A DNA stretch of 64,000 nucleotides from Desulfosudaceae bacterium (GTDB taxonomy: Bacteria; Desulfobacterota; Desulfobacteria; Desulfobacterales; Desulfosudaceae): positions 896,001 through 960,000 of the forward strand of contig CAXXDV010000001.1 in assembly GCA_963674745.2 (NCBI GenBank), given 5' to 3'. Positions 9,422-18,797 of the stretch are shown piece by piece. A program made the position numbers and the translations under genes. Position 1 is the first letter of the stretch. Each line of letters begins with the position of its first letter. Under the pieces are notes generated by a model. The model was not told the origin of the DNA. It searched no databases and saw nothing but the letters and a program-made list of their open reading frames with translations.

Positions 9422-9943
9422 TTAATCAGTTAGCTTTCTTTTCAGAAATTCATATATCTTTGCATAATCCTTGTTCCCAAAATAAATCAAAATGCAAATG
9501 AGTGATACCATAAATATTATAAATACTATAAACCATTTATATAAAAGTATATGGCTGATAATCTGGGGTAACGAATTGAATTTAGAAAAGGCATCATTGA
9601 ATACTCCAAAAAGTAGAATCAATAAGAATAAGCATATAGCTATAAGCCAGTACCGTAACAGAAATGATAATGAAATTTTACCATTTAACGAAACCTTTCC
9701 ATCACGCTCATTGAATTTTCCAACGAATTGAGGCCTCAAAGGAGAGCCCAGAAACCATCGATAATAATAAATAATCACATTATCTTTTTTGATTTTTCCG
9801 ACAAAATTGTTCTGAAAGATCGTGTTGAAATGATTTGTCTCTGTTCCCATCTGAAGTGTTGCTATTGAACTTTTTAAATCATAAGCACTTGTAATATCAA
9901 CATCTTGCTTCTTCCAAAAAATCATTTTAATTATTCTTATCAT
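9422..9943 (-). CDS. Membrane cassette protein
   Basis: Fills cassette; two C-terminal TM helices. Confidence 0.75.
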   Translation of the reverse strand: MIRIIKMIFWKKQDVDITSAYDLKSSIATLQMGTETNHFNTIFQNNFVGKIKKDNVIIYYYRWFLGSPLRPQFVGKFNERDGKVSLNGKISLSFLLRYWLIAICLFLLILLFGVFNDAFSKFNSLPQIISHILLYKWFIVFIIFMVSLICILIYFGNKDYAKIYEFLKRKLTD

Positions 9944-9956
9944 TTTTCAGAGTGCG

Positions 9957-10082
9957 TGCTAACGTCTGCAGCCAAAGTAGCCAGGGCTTCCAGTGACTGA
10001 CTTTAAGGTGGTTGATGTTCAATTTCCCCCGAATGTTCAAAAGCCGAATGCCCTGGCTATCATTTGGGCTGCTTGGTTAAGT
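9957..10082 (-). repeat. attC, family B
   Basis: TGCTAAC...GTTAAGT. Confidence 0.9.
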
Positions 10083-10366
10083 GCCCGCATTATTGAGAAA
10101 GACTTTAACGACAGCATGGGCAAATAAATTAAAATGATATTTTTCTTTTTACGCCTTGTCCATCATGAACTTATGAAAACGGGTAGGTCTCTTTTCATCC
10201 GGACAAATAAAGGCTCAAAATCAAACAGTCCCGCCAGATCAAAATACAGCTTATCTTTACTGATTGAAAATATCAATCTGGTGACAATTTCCATAGTGGC
10301 AACGAAGATCATTTTTCGTCAAAATTCTTTTTTTATTTTTTCCCGTACAGATTAAGTGCACTTAAC
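10083..10366. other. ORF-less gene cassette, copy B (first position after attI)
   Basis: Homologous to 7345-7631. Confidence 0.7.
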
Positions 10367-10380
10367 TATGTTATTAGATA
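10360..10380 (-). other. attI-like site of array 1
   Basis: Minus strand TCTAATAACATAG/TTAAGT, resembling attI1 CCTAAAACAAAG/TT; no attC hairpin upstream; lies next to integrase stub. Confidence 0.7.
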
Positions 10381-10618
10381 GGCTGCTTGATTTCATCCCG
10401 TTTCTGTATACTTAACCATAAATTTGATTAACTACAAATAATTTTTCATTGGACGATGAAATGGTTTTTATGCCATAAATTTAGATAATTAGGTTGTTCT
10501 GACTTTATCTATATAAATTTATTGACGCACGTTTAATAAAGAATTAGGGTCTTAAACGGGCATGCTTGATAATTTTTCATTTTACTTAGCACGCAATCTT
10601 CAGGTTCAGGGAGGAACT

Positions 10619-10873
10619 ATGGAAAAATTCGCTGATTATCTCATTTCAAAGTCAATCATACCGGAAAACCAGATTCCGTACTATATCGGGTGGGTGAAAG
10701 CCTTTTTCCGGTTCCTGGACAAAGACACGTCCGAAAATGTAACGGCAGATGAAATTGACCGGTATATTAAAGGACTGGTCAAACTGGTTGAAGCGTGGCA
10801 GTTAAAACAGGCCAGGCAGGCGATCCAGGCGTTCTGTTTTTTCCAGGGCCAGCCACCTCCGAATATGCCTTAG
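10619..10873 (+). pseudogene. intI: Truncated integron integrase (N-terminal SAM-like domain only)
   Basis: Divergent from array, GGAGG RBS; MEKFADYLISKSIIPENQIPYYIGWVKAFF...WQLKQARQAI resembles long-form IntI N-termini; no catalytic domain. Confidence 0.7.
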
Positions 10874-10914
10874 CGCGATACAGGACCCGGGTCGAAGGCC
10901 TGGCGCTTCATATA

Positions 10915-10951
10915 AAAAGCGTCATCCCCGAAGCCGGGGATGACGCTTTTT
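10915..10951. terminator. Bidirectional intrinsic terminator
   Basis: AAAAGCGTCATCCCCG-loop-CGGGGATGACGCTTTTT between convergent genes. Confidence 0.8.
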
Positions 10952-10983
10952 GAATACAAAAAAGGACGCGTTCAACGACGGGC

Positions 10984-12891
10984 TCAGATGGCTCGCGCCG
11001 CCTCGTATCCTTCGTGAACCGCGAATACGATCTTTCTGGGCTGCTTGGCATCGCCGATCACGACCACCTGGTAATCCTTCAGCTCTTCGGCCAGATCACT
11101 ATTGGGTCTTGAGCCGATGGCCACAACAACCGTATCGGCTGCAATGATCTGCTGTTCACCGTTGACCTCGCCGACAATACCATCAGCCGTGATTTCCTTG
11201 ACGGCAAAGGCGTTGATCTGTTCGATACCGCATTCGTTCAGGCACTGCATGATAACCCACTTGGTACCCGGCCCGATGTTGTGCCCCATCTTGTCCAGCA
11301 TTTCCAGCTGGACCACTTTCTTGCCTTCTTTGGCCAGGTGCAGACAGACATCACAACCGGTGCCGCCGCCGCCGATAACCGCCACCGTCTCTCCGGGCAC
11401 GGGTTTGCCCACCAGCACATCCCAGGCGTGCATGACATTGTCCCGATCCACGCCTTTGATGGGCGGAGAAGCCGGAACAGCGCCTGCCGCGTATATTATC
11501 ACATCCGGTTTTTCAGCCGCCACGGTCTCTTTATCAGCGGTCTGACCGAGCTTGACCGTTACGCCCAGATCCTTGAGCATGGCCGTAAAATATTCCCCGA
11601 CCAGGGCAAACTCGCCGAAATCCGGGGTCTGGGAGGCCAGTTTCAACTGCCCGCCCAGGCGGTCACTGTTATCGATCAGCACCACTTCGTGCCCGCGGAC
11701 AGCGGCCACCCGTGCGGCTTCACAACCACCTGGGCCACCGCCGATAACCAGCACCTTCTTTTTCTCGGCTGCCGGCTGGAGCTCGCCGTAAAGTGACTCC
11801 CGGCAGGCCTCGGCATTAATGGCGCAGGTCACCGGTTTGCCTTCAAACAGGCTGTCCATGCAATTCATGCAGGCGATACACCGGCGGATCAGCTCGGGAC
11901 GGCCGGCCTTGACCTTGTTGGGCAGATCGGGATCGCACACCAGCGGCCGGGCCATACAGACCATGTCGGCTTTGCCCGAGGCCAGGATCTCCTCGGCCAG
12001 TTCGGCGCTGTTGATACGGTTGGAGGCCGCCACCGGGGCGTGATCAAGCGCGCTTTTGATGCCTTCGGCCATCCAGACATAACCGCCGCGGGGGACATTC
12101 ATGGTGATCATGGGTTCCAGGGATTCATGCCAGCCGGCCGTAATGTTAAAGGCATCCGCCCCGGCATCTTCCCATATTTTCGCGAACTGCTTCATATCAT
12201 CCAGCTTGTTGCCGCCCGGCACCAATTCATCTCCCACCATACGGACAAAAAGCGGGTAATCATCCCCCACATTTTCCCGGATGGACGCAATGATCTCCGT
12301 ACCGAACCGGGCCCGGTTCTCCAGGCTGCCGCCGTACGCGTCGGTCCGCAGGTTGGTGGCCGGGCTCATGAACTGGCTGATCAGGTAGCCGGCGCTGGCA
12401 ATGATCTCCACGCAGTCATATCCGGCGGTTTTGGCCCGGGCCGCAGCCGCGCCAAAGGCGTCTACGATCTCTTTGATCTCTTCAACCGTCAGGGCACGGG
12501 GTTTTTGTTTGGAAAAAATCGGCGGGGCCACGTCCGAGGCACTGACCGCCTGATTGCCGGTCAGAAACGTCATTTCATAGCGGCCCGGATGCCACAACTG
12601 GATGCTGGCTTGAGAATCATATTGATGGATTGCTTTGACCATCCGCTCATGTCCGGGCAGAAATTTATCATCGGAAATATCCAGCCCCATCACCATGCCC
12701 GGTACCACCGGGCTGATACCGACCGTTACCAGTCCGGCACCGCCCTTGGCCCGGCGTTCATAATAGGCCACGGCCGCGTCATTGATTTCGCCCATGGCGA
12801 CGTTAACCGTCAAAGCCGGCATGATGATTCGATTGGGCATCGTCATTGATTTAATGGTCATCGGTTCCATCAAGTGTTTGAATTCGGACAT
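10984..12891 (-). CDS. NADH:flavin oxidoreductase / 2,4-dienoyl-CoA reductase-like (FadH family)
   Basis: OYE barrel (GYLISQFMSP, NLRTDAYGGSLENR), CIACMNC Fe-S motif, GGGPGG. Confidence 0.9.
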   Translation of the reverse strand: MSEFKHLMEPMTIKSMTMPNRIIMPALTVNVAMGEINDAAVAYYERRAKGGAGLVTVGISPVVPGMVMGLDISDDKFLPGHERMVKAIHQYDSQASIQLWHPGRYEMTFLTGNQAVSASDVAPPIFSKQKPRALTVEEIKEIVDAFGAAAARAKTAGYDCVEIIASAGYLISQFMSPATNLRTDAYGGSLENRARFGTEIIASIRENVGDDYPLFVRMVGDELVPGGNKLDDMKQFAKIWEDAGADAFNITAGWHESLEPMITMNVPRGGYVWMAEGIKSALDHAPVAASNRINSAELAEEILASGKADMVCMARPLVCDPDLPNKVKAGRPELIRRCIACMNCMDSLFEGKPVTCAINAEACRESLYGELQPAAEKKKVLVIGGGPGGCEAARVAAVRGHEVVLIDNSDRLGGQLKLASQTPDFGEFALVGEYFTAMLKDLGVTVKLGQTADKETVAAEKPDVIIYAAGAVPASPPIKGVDRDNVMHAWDVLVGKPVPGETVAVIGGGGTGCDVCLHLAKEGKKVVQLEMLDKMGHNIGPGTKWVIMQCLNECGIEQINAFAVKEITADGIVGEVNGEQQIIAADTVVVAIGSRPNSDLAEELKDYQVVVIGDAKQPRKIVFAVHEGYEAARAI

Positions 12892-12973
12892 GGCGCACCT
12901 CTTTTTAAGTTGTTTTATAAGGTTTTAACTTTAAGCATATTAATATTTTTGCCGTTCACGTCATCTAAGTATA

Positions 12974-13009
12974 AGGGTTCAAGGATTCAAGGGGTCGAGG
13001 GTCAAGGGG
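12974..13009 (+). repeat. Degenerate 8-mer tandem repeat (GGGTTCAA-like)
   Basis: Same unit at 13577, 13722 (inverted), 34781, 63830 (inverted). Confidence 0.6.
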
Positions 13010-13013
13010 GCAA

Positions 13014-13499
13014 TCATTTTACACAGGCCACCAGCGGCTCGTCCGCCGATATCAGAGAAACCAGCGCCCGTTTGAAGACGTCCCGCTGATCCTCGGGGAA
13101 TGTGTTCATGATCTCTTCGTTGGCCCGCAACCTTAAGGCACGAAGCTCTTCCTTCATGCCCGCGCTCTTATCCGTCAGACAAACCAGAATGGCCCGCCGG
13201 TCGTTGGGATTGCGTTCTCTGTACACGAATCCGGCCCGTTCCAGGCGATCGATCAGGCCGGTCAAGGTGGCCGAGTCAAATCGCAACAATTCACCGATAA
13301 GCGTCGGCGAGAGGCGATCGGAAACCCACAGGCACTCTATTATGAGATATTGGGCCGGGGTCAGACCGTAAGGCTCAAGAAAATTTCGCAGCAGTTTCTG
13401 CGCGGCCTGGGCAGCCCGCGAAAGGAGAAAGCAGACACAGGAACGGGGATCGTCCAGATTCTTTAGCATATCATTATCTGTTATACATATATCTTGCAT
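13014..13499 (-). CDS. MarR family regulator
   Basis: GLTPAQY, ATLTGLIDRLERAGFV, DRRAILVCLT; start uncertain (13499 or 13469); palindrome ATCTTGCA/TGCGAGAT at 13491-13506. Confidence 0.9.
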   Translation of the reverse strand: MQDICITDNDMLKNLDDPRSCVCFLLSRAAQAAQKLLRNFLEPYGLTPAQYLIIECLWVSDRLSPTLIGELLRFDSATLTGLIDRLERAGFVYRERNPNDRRAILVCLTDKSAGMKEELRALRLRANEEIMNTFPEDQRDVFKRALVSLISADEPLVACVK

Positions 13500-13576
13500 G
13501 CGAGATACTTTCTCCGATTTTTTATTCCCTGTCAAGAAAAAAATTACCTGAAACGAATTTGAGAGGCATAAAGCAC

Positions 13577-13758
13577 AAGGGTTCAAGGGGTCAAGGATTC
13601 GAGGGGTCGAGGGCGCAAATGAAGACAACTTACTTAAATTATTTGAAAATGGGATGGATGAGTGTGGCCGGATGAAAAGCCATGATCATTTGCTAAATGT
13701 CGACAAAGGGCTTAAGGAGCACCCCTTGAACCCTCGACACCTTGGCCCCTCGGACCCT
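13577..13758. repeat. Inverted pair of 8-mer tandem repeats enclosing about 110 bp
   Basis: GGGTTCAAGGGGTCAAGGATTCGA... and CCCCTTGAACCCTCGA... Confidence 0.55.
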
Positions 13759-13833
13759 TTTTTCAACAGAATTGAAGAAGAACAGACCTGGCTATCCATG
13801 TAGTTGTGGAGATGACTGGGCAGAGGCCAAAAG

Positions 13834-14181
13834 TCAGGCCGGTATAAAGTTAACCTGGCTGACCATGGCTTCCTGCTGCTTGATCAGCTTTTCGATCTGG
13901 GTCTTTTCCCGGTCACTGGTCACCGGTTCAACCTGAGATATCGGCCGGTTATCAGCGTCTTTGGTGTATTGCCATTGCCGGACATAGCCCGCCACACTGG
14001 CGAAACAAAAAGCACCGAACCCGCAGCAGGTCCGATCGACAATACCATTGCCGACCGTATAAAGGACTTCTTCTCCCTGAAAGGGTAAGCGGGCCTCTTT
14101 GGTTATCAGGTAATGACCGCCGATGGCCGTAATTTCGCTGTTTAATTCCGGATGGGTAAAATCCCGAACAGGCGTATTCAT
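13834..14181 (-). CDS. Conserved hypothetical protein
   Basis: 115 aa, Cys cluster TCCGFGAFC. Confidence 0.7.
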   Translation of the reverse strand: MNTPVRDFTHPELNSEITAIGGHYLITKEARLPFQGEEVLYTVGNGIVDRTCCGFGAFCFASVAGYVRQWQYTKDADNRPISQVEPVTSDREKTQIEKLIKQQEAMVSQVNFIPA

Positions 14182-14226
14182 CGTTAAGCAACGTCTTTAC
14201 ACCGGATATGTCATAACAGATCCGGG

Positions 14227-14862
14227 CTAAGGGGTTGTCCTCAGCTGTTCCTCAACCATGTCGGTGGTATTGCCGAATACCGCTCGATAAGCCACCGTCA
14301 GGATGCAGAACCCCAGGGGAAGTGTCAGCACAATGCCGATTCCCAAAAGGATGGCGCCCAGGCTGCCGATGACCGCGGTAACGATTGTCAGACCGAGAAA
14401 AGGCCAGAAATTGGCTTTCACAACATCCATGCTGGTCGTGGAAGCCTCCCAGAAGCCCATGTTCCGGTCGGCGATTAAAAACATGCCGAAGACCAGCAGC
14501 GCCTGCAGCGCATAAGTAAAAAAAAGAGCCGCCACGTGACCGATAAGGGGAAACCATCCCAATATCAGCACCCCGAGGATCATAATCACACCCCAGATCA
14601 GCATAAACAGCAGGGCATTAAAAAATACGGAAAACCCTGAAAAAACGGTTCCCGGTCCGGGCGGGGGTGTTTCACCGTCGAATAACCGCAGGGTCAACAA
14701 AATAAATCCCGCGGTCAAGGGCGGCATCAGGATCATCATGGTCAGACTGCTCAAGGCAACCAGGAGAATGGCCGCCACCACCAGGGTAAAAAAATTGGCT
14801 TTAAAAAGCTTAACGCCTTCATCAATCCAGGGCCCGAATTGCACCTCAACCTGATTTTCCAT
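14227..14862 (-). CDS. Integral membrane protein
   Basis: GGAGG RBS, multiple TM helices. Confidence 0.8.
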   Translation of the reverse strand: MENQVEVQFGPWIDEGVKLFKANFFTLVVAAILLVALSSLTMMILMPPLTAGFILLTLRLFDGETPPPGPGTVFSGFSVFFNALLFMLIWGVIMILGVLILGWFPLIGHVAALFFTYALQALLVFGMFLIADRNMGFWEASTTSMDVVKANFWPFLGLTIVTAVIGSLGAILLGIGIVLTLPLGFCILTVAYRAVFGNTTDMVEEQLRTTP

Positions 14863-14983
14863 CACACCCTCCTTAATTTTTCTTTATTATTTATAAATCG
14901 CAAAGAACCCGCCGAAAGTCAAGAAAATGGCAAAAAAGACAAACCCGTAAAAATTTCTTGCTAAATCAAAAGAATCAGATAAT

Positions 14984-15616
14984 ATGACTGACATGTCAGT
15001 CAGAGAAAAGAAAAAAGCGGAAACCCGCCAGCTCCTGATGGGTGCCGGCGTTCAGGCCTTTCACGAAAAAGGCATCCACGAAACCCGGGTATCGGATATC
15101 GTGGCTCGGGCCGGCGTGGCCCAGGGAACATTCTACAATCATTTTCAATCCAAAGAAGCCCTGTTCAGGGCCATGGCCGATGAATACATGGCCCATTACG
15201 TGGCGCTGTTTCATCATCATACCGCCGGCCTGTTTGAAACGGAAAACCCGGCCGACATGGTCCACGCTTTCGTCGGATTTTTACGCCAGCTGTTTATCAA
15301 CTGCCGGGAGAACATTGCCACCGCCCGGCTGGTTTTCGGCGAGGGCGCCGGCTCGGTGGGTCCTTACCAGGAAATTTGCGATTCCGTGGTCAGCCGCTTT
15401 ATCTTCCTGATCAAAAGCGTTCTGGACCAGGGAAACGAAAAAGAATTTCTCCGGATAAACGATACTGAACTGGCGGCAGCCATGGTGTTCGGCCTGTTTC
15501 AACGCTGCATGTTTTATTTTCTGTTAACCAAAAAAGAATTTGACGTCGACCGGATTGAACGGGGGATGACCGCCTTTCTCTTTGAAGGACTGAACGTTCA
15601 ACTGGAAGACGATTAA
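14984..15616 (+). CDS. TetR/AcrR family regulator
   Basis: TRVSDIVARAGVAQGTFYNHFQSKE. Confidence 0.95.
   Translation: MTDMSVREKKKAETRQLLMGAGVQAFHEKGIHETRVSDIVARAGVAQGTFYNHFQSKEALFRAMADEYMAHYVALFHHHTAGLFETENPADMVHAFVGFLRQLFINCRENIATARLVFGEGAGSVGPYQEICDSVVSRFIFLIKSVLDQGNEKEFLRINDTELAAAMVFGLFQRCMFYFLLTKKEFDVDRIERGMTAFLFEGLNVQLEDD
14985..15002. promoter_or_regulatory. Perfect 18-bp palindrome, probable TetR operator
   Basis: TGACTGACATGTCAGTCA over the start codon. Confidence 0.65.
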
Positions 15617-15674
15617 TGCAGAAACATTTTAGGGCCTCGCCGGAGGGTGAAATACCCGGACTAAAGGGGGAAAA

Positions 15675-16832
15675 ATGACATACACATCAAACGCCGACTG
15701 GAGCACCTGTACCGAGTGCGGACAATGCCTGATGAAGTGTCCGGTACTGGAAATGGAAAAAGATGACGCGGTCGCGGCCATTCGCAAGCTGATTCGGGGA
15801 GAACCGGCCCCGGAGGTACTCGACAGATGCACCTTCTGCTTTGACTGCAACCGGTACTGTCCGGTGGAGGGCCTTCGCCCCCATGAACTTTTTCTCCAGC
15901 GCGCCCTGGAAAAACGCAAAAAAGTGCCCGGCGTTTTAAACTATCTTTCCAATGGCCGGGGCACCAAAAACATGTTCGGCGATCTTTACAATCAGCTGAA
16001 ACCGGATGAAAAACAAATTCTTGAAAAATGGTCTGTCATACCCGATGGCGGTGACGTTTTATGGGTGGGCTGTATCGGGCGGCTCAGCTGCCGGGATCTG
16101 GATCGGTCCGGCGTACTGGCACCACTTACCAAGTTTGGACCTCCGGAGCTGTGTTGCGGTGAACTGCCCTACCGGTTATGCTCCTGGGATATGTACGAGG
16201 AAACCGTCAACCGGACACTGGCGGTGCTGGAACCCATGAAAATCGATCGTCTGGTCTGTTACTGCGGCTCGTGCTACAACTATTTTACCAGCATTCTACC
16301 CAAAGTTTACGGCAAAGCCCTGCCCTATCCGGTGATTTCCCTGTATGAATGGTTGTGGGAACAATACGAAAAAGGCGCCATCCAGGTTAAACAACCGCGC
16401 AACTTCAAAGCCGCCATTCACGAATCATGCTATGTCAGTGAACTGGATCCGTCGTTTGCCGAATGCCTGCGTAAACTTTATAACGTTACGGGCATGGAGG
16501 CCGTTGAGCTTGAACATCACGGGGACCGGAACCTGTCCTGCGGTGCCGTTAGCATCGTTCGGAGCATGAACATGGTCAAAAGCCTGTTCAAGGAACAGCG
16601 CACAAAATTCCATGAAGTATCAGACGCGGGCGCAGACGAAATAGCGTTAAACTGCCCGGGCTGTTATATTACGCTGAGCTTTACCAACCGGCTGTATAAG
16701 AAAAAATTGCGTTACATGCCGGAAATTCTGTTGTCCGCCTTTGGAGACGAAATCACGGTGCCCCTGGGTAAACGCATCCCCGGCATTGCCAAAACCGTGA
16801 CCATGAATTTTCCCCGGGTAATGTTCTGGTAA
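15675..16832 (+). CDS. Fe-S oxidoreductase with CCG domains (HdrD/GlpC-like)
   Basis: Two CxxCxxCxxxCP motifs, CCG, CGSC, HESC, CPGC. Confidence 0.85.
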   Translation: MTYTSNADWSTCTECGQCLMKCPVLEMEKDDAVAAIRKLIRGEPAPEVLDRCTFCFDCNRYCPVEGLRPHELFLQRALEKRKKVPGVLNYLSNGRGTKNMFGDLYNQLKPDEKQILEKWSVIPDGGDVLWVGCIGRLSCRDLDRSGVLAPLTKFGPPELCCGELPYRLCSWDMYEETVNRTLAVLEPMKIDRLVCYCGSCYNYFTSILPKVYGKALPYPVISLYEWLWEQYEKGAIQVKQPRNFKAAIHESCYVSELDPSFAECLRKLYNVTGMEAVELEHHGDRNLSCGAVSIVRSMNMVKSLFKEQRTKFHEVSDAGADEIALNCPGCYITLSFTNRLYKKKLRYMPEILLSAFGDEITVPLGKRIPGIAKTVTMNFPRVMFW

Positions 16833-16847
16833 TTTTAAGGAGAGGCC

Positions 16848-17582
16848 ATGCTGGTATCGGTCTGGAAATCAAAAAACGAAATTCAACAGGCCCTGGCCGA
16901 CGCCCGACGCGTGGCGGTATTTTCCTGTAACGTCTGTGCCAACCTCAACGGTACCGGCGGCAGGCGGGGATTGCGCCGGATGAAGCGCTTGCTGAAAGAG
17001 TGGGGCAAGGAAATTGTACTGGCCAAAACCGTCAATGTCTGCTGTTCGGAAGTGATCATGCGGCAGTGCCTGCGGATCTATATTGAACCGATCAAAAACA
17101 AGTGCGACGCCCTGATCATGCTGTCCTGCGCCGGTGGGGTCAAGTGTGCTTTTTTATGTGACCCCGGCCTTCCGGTGGTGGCGGCCCTGGATTCTTTCGG
17201 CAGCGGCGTTGTCACCACCTCCATGGAGACCTTTGAGGCGGGTCTCTGCCAGAGCTGCGATCATTGCGTGCTGACCTATACCGGCGGCATCTGCCCGCTG
17301 GCCGCCTGCCCGGCGAAGAAGAAATACGGGCCGTGCAAAAAAGCGCCCGCAGAAGGCATGGTTTGTGCCGTGGATCCGGACCGGGAATGCGTCTGGAAGA
17401 AAATTGAACAAAAGGCGGACATGGCGGCCCTTGCCAAAATGGCCGAACTTCATGGCAGCAAAGATTATGAACGGCTGCCGGCGGTACCGGTCAAAGGGTC
17501 ACCGAAAGTCGTCCTTAAAACCTCGGGCTGGTTCATGGCCCGGATTCCGGGCATATCCGGCCTGATCGACATGATAAGATAG
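16848..17582 (+). CDS. MTHFR C-terminal domain (MetV-like) Cys-rich protein
   Basis: SCNVCA, CQSCDHCVLTYTGGICP..CP...GPC, RECVW. Confidence 0.75.
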   Translation: MLVSVWKSKNEIQQALADARRVAVFSCNVCANLNGTGGRRGLRRMKRLLKEWGKEIVLAKTVNVCCSEVIMRQCLRIYIEPIKNKCDALIMLSCAGGVKCAFLCDPGLPVVAALDSFGSGVVTTSMETFEAGLCQSCDHCVLTYTGGICPLAACPAKKKYGPCKKAPAEGMVCAVDPDRECVWKKIEQKADMAALAKMAELHGSKDYERLPAVPVKGSPKVVLKTSGWFMARIPGISGLIDMIR

Positions 17583-17584
17583 GG

Positions 17585-18604
17585 TTAAATCTTTAAAATG
17601 CTGTCTAACAGGGACTTAAGCTTCTCATCCATGTCAGCCCCTTTTTTCTTCTCGTAATTCGCAATCTGGGCTTTGATGACTTCGAGCTTTTTGTCAATTA
17701 ACAGGCCTCGCTCCACTTTTTTGATCATGGTCGTATTTTGTTTCAACAGCTGCTTCACTCGGGCGATAAGCTGATCGACCAGGCTCTTTACAATCGCCAG
17801 GTTCTGACTCAACTGCTCCTGGAGCTTTTCTTCGGTAATGATGAAAACCGTGGTCGGCTCCATGGCTTTGGCTGTGGCCGTCCTGGGTTCGCCTGTTATG
17901 ATGGCCATTTCGCCGAAAATCTGGTCTTTTTCCAGTTCACCGATCTTCATGCTTTTGTCTCTGAACCGGCGCGTAATTTTAACCTTCCCGCTGAGAATGA
18001 GATAGGCTTCTTCCCCGGTGGCGCCCTGTTTAAAAATAACGTCTCCGGCTTTGAACATTTTTGTGGAAAACCCCTTTTGCCTGGGTTTTTCAGCGGTCTT
18101 CCCCTCTTTTTTCTCCTGGATTTTACGATCCAGCGCCGGGGTGTCTAAACTTTCACCGGCTTCACTGTCATCAAATGTCCTGTAATCCAAAACGTCAAAA
18201 TCGGGAGCAGCAGGCTGTGCTGCAGGTGCCTGTTCCGGCTCAACGGCTGCTGTTTCAGGGGAACCCTCATGCTGCTCTTCATATCCAGGATCGTATCCCG
18301 GCTCGAGCGTGGAAGTATCAATTCCGATTGGAAAATCATCCACCGGATCATCAATAATCGTAATATCAGAGGCGTCGATTTCAACCTCAACAGGCTCTTC
18401 TTCAGCCTGGCCATCGTCTTCCGGGTTCAATTCTGGTGCCGCCATATCCTTCCCGGTTTCATCAGCTCCGTCATTCACCATCGTAAAATCAGAGCTGTCG
18501 ACTTCGACTTCCGGCTCGACGTCAGGTGCGCTTTCACCCTGGACATCCTTTTCCATCTTTAATTCGGGAATTTCATCTTCCCGGTCTTTTTCGTTGTCCC
18601 CCAT
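17585..18604 (-). CDS. Cyclic-nucleotide-binding protein with acidic N-terminus
   Basis: IFKQG, FGEMAIITGEPRTATA. Confidence 0.85.
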   Translation of the reverse strand: MGDNEKDREDEIPELKMEKDVQGESAPDVEPEVEVDSSDFTMVNDGADETGKDMAAPELNPEDDGQAEEEPVEVEIDASDITIIDDPVDDFPIGIDTSTLEPGYDPGYEEQHEGSPETAAVEPEQAPAAQPAAPDFDVLDYRTFDDSEAGESLDTPALDRKIQEKKEGKTAEKPRQKGFSTKMFKAGDVIFKQGATGEEAYLILSGKVKITRRFRDKSMKIGELEKDQIFGEMAIITGEPRTATAKAMEPTTVFIITEEKLQEQLSQNLAIVKSLVDQLIARVKQLLKQNTTMIKKVERGLLIDKKLEVIKAQIANYEKKKGADMDEKLKSLLDSILKI

Positions 18605-18758
18605 TTTGCCCCCCGTGTTAAAACCCCGATATTTAATGATCTTTTATCTAGATTGCATCACAGGTCCAAAAATTTGTCAACCTCTAACCCGGATATTTCA
18701 CGAATTGATTTGGCCCCGGCCCCTTTGCCCATTCTGCAAAACGCGGGCGCTTACTCAC

Positions 18759-18784
18759 GTAGGGGCAACCCCCTGTGGTTGCCC
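18759..18784 (+). repeat. GTAG-type REP
   Basis: GTAGGGGCAACCCCCTGTGGTTGCCC. Confidence 0.65.
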
Positions 18785-18797
18785 TTCCTCACCCGGC

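Larger units (their letters stand above)
5480..10873 (-). mobile_element. Integron array 1: 8 cassettes, attI-like site, truncated integrase
   Basis: Eight palindromic RYYYAAC...GTTRRRY sites between co-oriented AT-rich ORFs; most right-hand boxes match the core site starting the same cassette. Confidence 0.9.

Noticed and set aside
6221..10082. Repeated ~125-bp units as a CRISPR array
   Set aside because: Repeats are too long, spacers are whole genes, ends are RYYYAAC/GTTRRRY, and no cas genes are present
7396..10355. Plus-strand ORFs MIFFFLR... (7396..7671, 10134..10355)
   Set aside because: No RBS, antisense to the array, and the two copies lose protein similarity and differ in stop position after about 27 codons
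13500..13628. N-terminal extension of marR (likewise extensions of ORFs at 35151, 38387, 42704, 52585)
   Set aside because: Extensions run through repeats, attC or upstream genes; downstream starts fit the family better
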